Source of the DNA: Candidatus Saccharimonadota bacterium
Lineage (GTDB): Archaea; Micrarchaeota; Micrarchaeia; Micrarchaeales; Micrarchaeaceae
Direction of reading: 5' to 3'
Length of the DNA stretch: 32,000 nt
Assembly: GCA_021654395.1 (NCBI GenBank)
Contig: AP024486.1
Location: 450,001 to 482,000 of the forward strand
Shown here: positions 26,352 through 32,000 of the stretch, in pieces
Layout of the letters: each line of letters begins with the position of its first letter
Numbering within the stretch: position 1 is the first letter of the stretch
Made by a program: the position numbers and the translations under genes
Notes under the pieces: generated by a model
The model's database searches: none
Told to the model about the DNA's origin: nothing
Seen by the model: only the letters and a program-made list of their open reading frames with translations

Positions 26352-26681
26352 ATGAGAAGAGCCTTACTTATAATACTTATACTTATCATAAATCTACTTG
26401 GGGCCTTTGGGCAGATCTCGCTAAAGATATACGCCGATTACAATAAGCTTTTAGTATTTCTAATACTGGGTTTATTACTATATATATCATCTACCTTCTT
26501 ATACCTATATCTTTTAACATTCAACGATCTATCATGGAGCTATAGCATAATAAGCCTAAGCTATCTATTTACAGATATTCTTTCTGTTATTATATTTAAG
26601 AGTAGTATACCATTAGATGCATGGATCGGCGCATTGTTAATAGTTATAGGAATAGTACTGATAAGTTATAAAAAGGTTTAA
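26352..26681 (+). CDS. Small 4-TM EamA/SMR-like half-transporter (ArnE/ArnF-like), subunit B.
   Basis: 109 aa. LLGAFGQISLKIYA resembles the ArnE segment SVAGQLCQKQA as I remember it. The C-terminal segment is WIGALLIVIGIVLISY. The gene starts 8 nt after subunit A. Confidence 0.6.
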   Translation: MRRALLIILILIINLLGAFGQISLKIYADYNKLLVFLILGLLLYISSTFLYLYLLTFNDLSWSYSIISLSYLFTDILSVIIFKSSIPLDAWIGALLIVIGIVLISYKKV

Positions 26682-26709
26682 TAAAGTGAATTAAAAATCT
26701 ATTAATAGT

Positions 26710-28062
26710 ATGGACAACCAAGATAAGAGTAGCTTAGACTCTTCAGAAGTAAAGACTCAGATAGATGCGTTATATCAGCTAATAAAAGATAGAGGAAAGA
26801 TAGATAATCTAACTGCAGCAGCAATACTTAAAGCAAGCCCAGATATAGTTGATAAGTGGGCCGAGGTGCTGTATAACAACAAGCTAATAAGGATTACCTA
26901 TGAGATGGGCAAGACTCTATATCAAACAGTAGAAGCTGACAAGAAAGAAGATAAGGCAGAGATATCTACAAAGATAGATACTCTATCTAATCAGATAAAT
27001 GCAGCATTAGTACAGATAGATGCTTATATAAAGGACTTATCTAAGCTTGAGACAAATACTGCAGAGCTTAACAAGAAGTATAAGTCATCTCTACCAACAT
27101 TCTACAAGGAGCTCAGCGGTATAAATAGAATCTATATGAAGATAACATCCTACTCTAAGAAGATAGAACAGTATGAGAGCAGGATAGAGAAGCTTATAGA
27201 AGATGTAGAGAAGAGAAAGAACCAGTTAAGCGATTCATTATTTAAGCTTTCATCAATAGATATGACATCAAAGATAGCAGATGCAGACTCTAGAATAGAT
27301 AAGATAAGGGCAGAGCTGGAAGAGCTAGATAAGGAGTACGCGAATCTGCTAGTAGAGAAGAGAAATTCATTAAAGAGCATAAAAGAAGAGCTAGAGAAAG
27401 ATATAAAGAGTATATATAAAGATCTAGATAAGAGGTCAGTAGACATAGAGACAAAGGTAAAGGATTCAAAGAAGGATCTTGATAAGCTTTTACTAGATTT
27501 TAAATCTACAGTAGAGTATATAAAGAATAGTAAGAGAGAGCTTAATAAAGATTCTAAAGAGGTGGACAAGCTTATAAAAGATGTTACAGACTCATTTAGT
27601 AAGTTTGAGGGATTATACAAAGATGCATTAAATAATATAAACAAGGAGATAGAGGACTTTAATCAATCCTTTAATAAGCTTGTAGAGAATATTAGATCTG
27701 TAAAGTCAGAGTTTGGCAGAATAGGAGATATCGATACAAAGCTTAATGAGACTATAATGCAAGTAAATGATATAAAATCAGATTTAGATACATTAAAGAA
27801 CGATATACAAAAGTCAAGTAGAGATCTAAGAAAGATAAAGCTTACCATAGAGTCTCTAGATTCAAAGTCTAAGAAAGATAAGAAGCAGAACATAGATCTT
27901 AATGATATTAAAGATAAGATAGATAGAATAAGCGAAGGCGTAGATAAGGATCTAGAAGAGCTTAATAATGTGTATATGAGAATAGGTAAGATATCTCAAG
28001 CAATAGGAGATATAATACAGGAGATAAAAGAGGGCAATAAAAATAAATCTAACAAGTCTTAG
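26710..28062 (+). CDS. Putative N-terminal winged-helix-like domain plus a ~370-aa coiled-coil protein. First gene of the type IV filament operon; function unknown.
   Basis: 450 aa. The N-terminus IDALYQLIKDRGKIDNLTAAAILKASPDIVDKWAEVLYNNKLIRITY looks wHTH-like. The rest is K/D/E/I/L/S-rich with heptad-like periodicity. No TM segment. Confidence 0.75.
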   Translation: MDNQDKSSLDSSEVKTQIDALYQLIKDRGKIDNLTAAAILKASPDIVDKWAEVLYNNKLIRITYEMGKTLYQTVEADKKEDKAEISTKIDTLSNQINAALVQIDAYIKDLSKLETNTAELNKKYKSSLPTFYKELSGINRIYMKITSYSKKIEQYESRIEKLIEDVEKRKNQLSDSLFKLSSIDMTSKIADADSRIDKIRAELEELDKEYANLLVEKRNSLKSIKEELEKDIKSIYKDLDKRSVDIETKVKDSKKDLDKLLLDFKSTVEYIKNSKRELNKDSKEVDKLIKDVTDSFSKFEGLYKDALNNINKEIEDFNQSFNKLVENIRSVKSEFGRIGDIDTKLNETIMQVNDIKSDLDTLKNDIQKSSRDLRKIKLTIESLDSKSKKDKKQNIDLNDIKDKIDRISEGVDKDLEELNNVYMRIGKISQAIGDIIQEIKEGNKNKSNKS

Positions 28063-28075
28063 CTAGATAAAGCTG

Positions 28076-29572
28076 ATGCTCATGGCTGAGAAGATATTAG
28101 AGGAGTATAATCTAGATGTAAATGCACTTGCTGTAAATATAAAGATAGTGGATAGAGATGAGTTTGTACCATCATACATAGCAACTACTGTAGGAATAAG
28201 CGATATAACAAAGCTTTTAATAAATTCATGGAGGAATGAGCTAGTAGAGCTTGTTCCAATAGATATAATGCGCCTTCAGGATAAAGAGTATATAAAAGAG
28301 CTAAATAACAGATACGAGCAGGAGACAAATCTGCTTATAGATAAGTATCTACCACACACAGATGATAAAACAAGATCACTAATAGTTGCATATGTAAGAA
28401 ATATGATGGTTGGCCTTGGAGAGCTAGAGATCGTTCTTGCGGATGAGAACCTAGAAGAGGTAACAGTAAATGGACCAAAGAAGCCAGTATGGGTATTTCA
28501 TAAGAGATATGGTTGGTGCAAGACAAATATAATAATGGAGTCTGATGAGCAGATATATGAGTACTCGGAGAAGATAGGAAGAAATGTTGGAAGAGAGATA
28601 AATAATCTGCAGCCTTTAATGGATGCAGAGCTATTAGATGGTTCTAGAGTTAATGCTACTCTATTTCCCGTATCACAAAGTGGTAATACAATAACAATAA
28701 GAAAGTTCTCTAAGAATCCTTGGACTATGCCTGCTTTAATAAAGGCCAAGTCATTAACTCCAGAGCTAGCAGGTCTTATATGGCTATGTATACAGAATGA
28801 GATAAGCCTTATAATAGCTGGAGGTACAGCGTCAGGAAAGACAAGCTTCTTAAATGCGATGAGTATATTCTTTCCTCCAAATAGAAGAATAATATCTGCT
28901 GAAGAGACAAGAGAGCTAGAGCTACCAAACTTCTTCCAATGGGTAGCTATGCTTACTAGGCAGCCGAATCCAGAGGGTAAGGGAGAGATAAAGCTTTATG
29001 ATCTATTGATAAACTCATTAAGACAGAGACCAGATATAATACTAGTAGGAGAGGTTAGAACAAAGAGCGATGCAGAGGTAATGTTTGAGGCTATACACAC
29101 AGGCCATTCAGTATATGGAACAGTTCACGCAGATAATGCACAAGACTTTATAATAAGAATGACAAATCCTCCTATAGATATATCAAAGGTTACATTAAAT
29201 GCTCTAGGGGGAGTTATAGTAAACTTTAGGCATAGATCAAAAGGAATAAGAAGGGTATTAGAGTTTGCAGAGGTTACACAGAGCGGAGATGCAAGCGTAT
29301 TATATAGATGGGATGTTAACTTAGATACACAGATAAAGATCTCTGAGATGTCTAGGCTTAACGATACACTAAAGCTTTATAGCGGAATGAGCGATAAAGA
29401 GATAGTAGATGATGTGCAAGAGAAGGCTAAAGTGCTGCAATGGATGGTTAAGAATAATGTTGTAGATGTAGATAGCAGCGGATTAGTTATAGCAAACTAC
29501 TATAAGAATAAAGATAAGGTTATGCAGATAGTTAATGATGATGTTAAGTATACACCAGATCTATTTAAGTGA
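28076..29572 (+). CDS. Type IV filament assembly ATPase (FlaI/PilB/TadA, GspE superfamily).
   Basis: Motifs seen: GLGELEIVLADENLEEVTVNG, LLDGSRVNA, Walker A AGGTASGKTS, ETRELELP, Walker B PDIILVGEVR and His box TGHSVYGTVHA. Confidence 0.92.
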   Translation: MLMAEKILEEYNLDVNALAVNIKIVDRDEFVPSYIATTVGISDITKLLINSWRNELVELVPIDIMRLQDKEYIKELNNRYEQETNLLIDKYLPHTDDKTRSLIVAYVRNMMVGLGELEIVLADENLEEVTVNGPKKPVWVFHKRYGWCKTNIIMESDEQIYEYSEKIGRNVGREINNLQPLMDAELLDGSRVNATLFPVSQSGNTITIRKFSKNPWTMPALIKAKSLTPELAGLIWLCIQNEISLIIAGGTASGKTSFLNAMSIFFPPNRRIISAEETRELELPNFFQWVAMLTRQPNPEGKGEIKLYDLLINSLRQRPDIILVGEVRTKSDAEVMFEAIHTGHSVYGTVHADNAQDFIIRMTNPPIDISKVTLNALGGVIVNFRHRSKGIRRVLEFAEVTQSGDASVLYRWDVNLDTQIKISEMSRLNDTLKLYSGMSDKEIVDDVQEKAKVLQWMVKNNVVDVDSSGLVIANYYKNKDKVMQIVNDDVKYTPDLFK

Positions 29573-30558
29573 TTATATTGAATGAAGATATAATAGAGAT
29601 CCTGAAGGAGCTAGATAAGGAGAGAGCTCAGAAGCAGGTTAATGATTATCTAGATCTATCAACAAGCTCTATAGAGAGCAAAAGTGAGCAAGATTTTAAT
29701 AAGCTTCAGGATCTTGTATTAGCTATAGTTCAAAAGACAGATACAAGAAAGAAGATAGAGCAGTCTCAGAAGCAGAAGACTAATATCAAAGAGCAATCAG
29801 AGGAGCAGCAGAAGCAGCAGATAGAGGTAAAGCAACAGCAGATACCAGAAGCAAGTAGAAGCAGCGAGGAGATTAAACAGAAAGAAGAAGCTAATAAAGA
29901 GGTTATAACTAGCTCTAAGCAAGAGGAAGTTAATAAAGAAGCTCAAAGCATTACTAAGCAAGAAGAGGTCAAGAAAGAGCAAAAGAAGATAAGTATATTC
30001 GGCATTAAAAAGAAGGAGAAGCAGAAGATTGAGCAACCGCAAGAGAGTAAGCAGATTGAAGAACAGAAGCATCTAGAAGAGCAGAAGGTAAAAGCAGCTG
30101 CAGCTACTCAGCAAGCCGCTCATTTAAATCTTGAATCGCCTGTTGAGGTAATAGATAAGCAGATAGCAGAGTCTAAAGAGATCAGTAATGAGAGCATTGA
30201 AAAAGAAGAGGAGAAGATTAATACTACACAGACAGCGAAGCAGATAAAGATAAATATTAATCAGGATCTCTATCTACCAAAGATGAGCCTAGCAGATATG
30301 CTAACAGAGCTAGAGAATATAGAGTACCTCTTAAATCATAATGTATTAGATAAAAGCACTTTAAGTATAATAGTAATAGAGGTATACGGGCTATCATTTG
30401 CAATTAGTAGATGTGGCTCTATAAAGATCGATCAGGATAACTTAGCTGAAAGAATATTATATAATAAGCTAACTACTAAGCTGAGTGATATTATAAATCT
30501 ATTAAGCAGTATGGGATACTCTCCTAATGTAGAGCTTAGTGTGGTATATACATGCTAA
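29569..30558 (+). CDS. E/K/Q-rich, apparently disordered protein with a small C-terminal globular domain. Function unknown; embedded between the ATPase and the platform genes.
   Basis: 329 aa. It has a GTG start overlapping the ATPase stop (GTGA), and its stop overlaps the next gene's start (ATGCTAA). Residues ~60-200 are low complexity (KQEEVNKEA / KQEEVKKEQ-type imperfect repeats). The C-terminal ~100 aa are of ordinary composition. Confidence 0.7.
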   Translation: MIILNEDIIEILKELDKERAQKQVNDYLDLSTSSIESKSEQDFNKLQDLVLAIVQKTDTRKKIEQSQKQKTNIKEQSEEQQKQQIEVKQQQIPEASRSSEEIKQKEEANKEVITSSKQEEVNKEAQSITKQEEVKKEQKKISIFGIKKKEKQKIEQPQESKQIEEQKHLEEQKVKAAAATQQAAHLNLESPVEVIDKQIAESKEISNESIEKEEEKINTTQTAKQIKININQDLYLPKMSLADMLTELENIEYLLNHNVLDKSTLSIIVIEVYGLSFAISRCGSIKIDQDNLAERILYNKLTTKLSDIINLLSSMGYSPNVELSVVYTC

Positions 30559-31427
30559 CAGATAAGGCAGCTCAAGGTCAAGCTAAGAGCCAGAGTAAGT
30601 TCCAGCAGAGATTAGCGAGAATGGCTCGTAAGAAGCATATAGACGAAAATGTACTTAGAAAGCATAGGATTAACTCCACACCAGAGCAGTTCATATTCAA
30701 GGTCTTAATGCTCTCTATAATATTAGCTATAGCTATAGCAGTATTCATGTTTATACTATTTTATATAAGAGGATTTGCTTTACCGATATCTGCTCTAGTC
30801 TCTTTAGTTATAGGGTTTGTTGTACAGACAATCTTCTATAATATGATGACTAACTTCCCAGCAACGAAAGGCAAAAAATCAGCTAGAAATGCAGAGAGAG
30901 ATATGATCTTCGCAGCTAGAGACATAATAATATCTCTGCGTTCAGGCTCTCCTCTATTTAATGCTATAGTATATGTAAGCAACGGCTATGGCGATGCGAG
31001 CGAGGAGTTTAGAAGGATAGTTGAGAAGGTTCAAGTTGGAGTACCATTAGTAGATGCTATAGATAGAACTATTGAGGAGAGTAAGGTACCATCATTTAAG
31101 AAGATCATGCTTCAGGCGGCAGTTGCAATAAAGAGTGGATCAGAGGTAACTACAGCATTATCTTCGATAATACAGCAGATAGAGGAAGAGAGATATATAC
31201 AGCTTAAGGCTTACGCGCAGAAGCTGAATGTTCTATCTATGTTCTATATGCTATTCGGTGTTATATTTCCATCTATGGGTCTTGCCTTAGCGATAATATT
31301 AACAACATTTATATCTATTATAACAATAAATGCTACAATATTAGAGGTTGTTATAGTATTTGTTATTGCTGTGCAGGTTGTATTCCTACAGATGTTAAGA
31401 ACATCAAGACCTGCATTTACAACGTGA
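30552..31427 (+). CDS. Type IV filament platform protein with a single T2SSF domain (TadB/TadC- or EpdJ/K-like), copy 1.
   Basis: 291 aa. The cytoplasmic helical domain AERDMIFAARDIIISLRSGSPLFNAIVYV...EEFRRIVEKVQVGVPLVDAI is flanked by TM helices. Confidence 0.85.
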   Translation: MLTDKAAQGQAKSQSKFQQRLARMARKKHIDENVLRKHRINSTPEQFIFKVLMLSIILAIAIAVFMFILFYIRGFALPISALVSLVIGFVVQTIFYNMMTNFPATKGKKSARNAERDMIFAARDIIISLRSGSPLFNAIVYVSNGYGDASEEFRRIVEKVQVGVPLVDAIDRTIEESKVPSFKKIMLQAAVAIKSGSEVTTALSSIIQQIEEERYIQLKAYAQKLNVLSMFYMLFGVIFPSMGLALAIILTTFISIITINATILEVVIVFVIAVQVVFLQMLRTSRPAFTT

Positions 31428-31431
31428 TCTT

Positions 31432-32000
31432 ATGGTTAAATGGGAGGCTCTAGTATCAAGAAATGTTTATGATTATATAGATAGGGAGGCAACATTAGCA
31501 GGTCTAAAGAGGAATGCTGCAGATAGGTTAATATCAATAATGGTTATATCTTATGTTATAATATTCGTAGCTGTTATCTTATTGATGCATTATCTGCTTA
31601 AGCTTAATATATTAATATCTGCATTGGTTGCTGTTATAGCGCCATTTGCCGTTCCTGTAGCTATAATACTTATATTAGAGTATAAGATAGATCAGAGGAA
31701 GAATAAGTTAGAGGTTTGGCTTCCAGACTTCTTTAGTCTAACTGCAGCGAATCTTAAGAGTGGGATGTCATTTGATAAGGCTTTAGTCTCATCTGCTAGG
31801 CCAGAGTTCTCTTTCTTCTCAGATGATGTAAAAGAGATGATAAAGCTTGTTGTCAGTGGAGAGACTATGGAGAATGGTCTTAAGTACCTTGCCAGTAAGT
31901 ACAGATCTTATCATCTCCAACATTCAGTGAGAATGATAATTCAGTCTATTAGATATGGTGGATCTGTATCAGATCTATTGAGGAGTATAGCCGAGGATAT
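31432..32000 (+). CDS. Type IV filament platform protein with a single T2SSF domain, copy 2 (partial; runs off the window end).
   Basis: This ORF is not on the track. I translated it by hand from the ATG at 31432: MVKWEALVSRNVYDYIDREATLAGLKRNAADRLISIMVISYVIIFVAV...EVWLPDFFSLTAANLKSGMSFDKALVSSARPEF...VVSGETMENGLKYLASKY... The LPDF...L.AANL.SG.S...AL motif is typical of T2SSF domains. Confidence 0.8.
   Translation, partial: MVKWEALVSRNVYDYIDREATLAGLKRNAADRLISIMVISYVIIFVAVILLMHYLLKLNILISALVAVIAPFAVPVAIILILEYKIDQRKNKLEVWLPDFFSLTAANLKSGMSFDKALVSSARPEFSFFSDDVKEMIKLVVSGETMENGLKYLASKYRSYHLQHSVRMIIQSIRYGGSVSDLLRSIAED

Noticed and set aside
27150-27893. Long antisense ORFs (27150-27644 and 27663-27893). 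The same class includes 29797-30072, 23912-24286, 16005-16346, 13334-13558, 12568-12783, 4638-4913, 5044-5226, 5670-5867, 9797-10220, 10602-10799, 11855-12058, 12875-13114, 15650-15853, 17096-17311, 18543-18791, 19472-19708, 22287-22511, 22662-22910, 23456-23644, 24870-25112, 25917-26126, 28335-28749 and 1733-1957.
   Set aside because: Every one lies fully inside, and antisense to, a gene with clear family motifs or a much longer ORF. Their translations are S/L/F/I-rich low complexity, as expected from the reverse complement of K/E/D-rich AT-biased coding sequence.
1-32000. CRISPR arrays, tRNA or rRNA genes, C/D-box sRNAs, transposases, integrases, or a recognisable defence island.
   Set aside because: No regularly spaced direct repeats were seen. 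No G+C-rich structured segments stand out against the AT-rich background. The intergenic regions are all under 130 nt. No recombinase, transposase, or restriction or toxin-antitoxin motifs appear in any frame I read. A covariance-model scan (tRNAscan-SE or Infernal) would be needed to exclude small RNAs formally.

Overview
The window is AT-rich (roughly one-third G+C by eye), densely coded archaeal chromosome. The archaeal assignment rests on a D-family DNA polymerase operon (DP1 and DP2), RFC small subunit, short-form XPF, NreA, RNase HII, endonuclease IV and a TBP-fold protein. I saw no rRNA, tRNA, CRISPR array, transposase or integrase. TAA, TAG and TGA all act as stop codons. Many adjacent genes overlap by 1-7 nt, so most of the window looks like long, translationally coupled operons.

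Content, left to right:
- A PAPS-reductase-family gene fragment.
- Two tandem paralogous membrane proteins of unknown function.
- A TrmI-type tRNA methyltransferase.
- A very N-X-S/T-rich surface protein whose frame is broken by one in-frame TGA.
- A MinD/ParA ATPase coupled to endonuclease IV.
- A 98-aa protein with a single TBP repeat.
- An operon of UPF0147, PolD DP1, PolD DP2 and an unknown 211-aa protein.
- A VIT1/CCC1-like transporter, IlvE, a DHH/DHHA1 phosphoesterase, RNase HII and a PRC-barrel protein.
- Two sequon-rich paralogous surface proteins followed by a GT-C-like membrane protein of about a dozen TM segments.
- XPF, malic enzyme, RFC-S and NreA.
- A type IV filament (Tad/Epd-like) operon that runs off the right edge.

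The best candidates for something undescribed are:
- The type IV filament operon. Its platform protein is split into two genes, and it carries two unrecognisable accessory proteins plus an ArnE/F-like pair upstream.
- The stand-alone half-TBP.
- The tandem 2-TM paralog pair at 311-2001.
- The unknown gene coupled to PolD.

All functional calls come from reading motifs in the supplied translations by eye. No database search was run.
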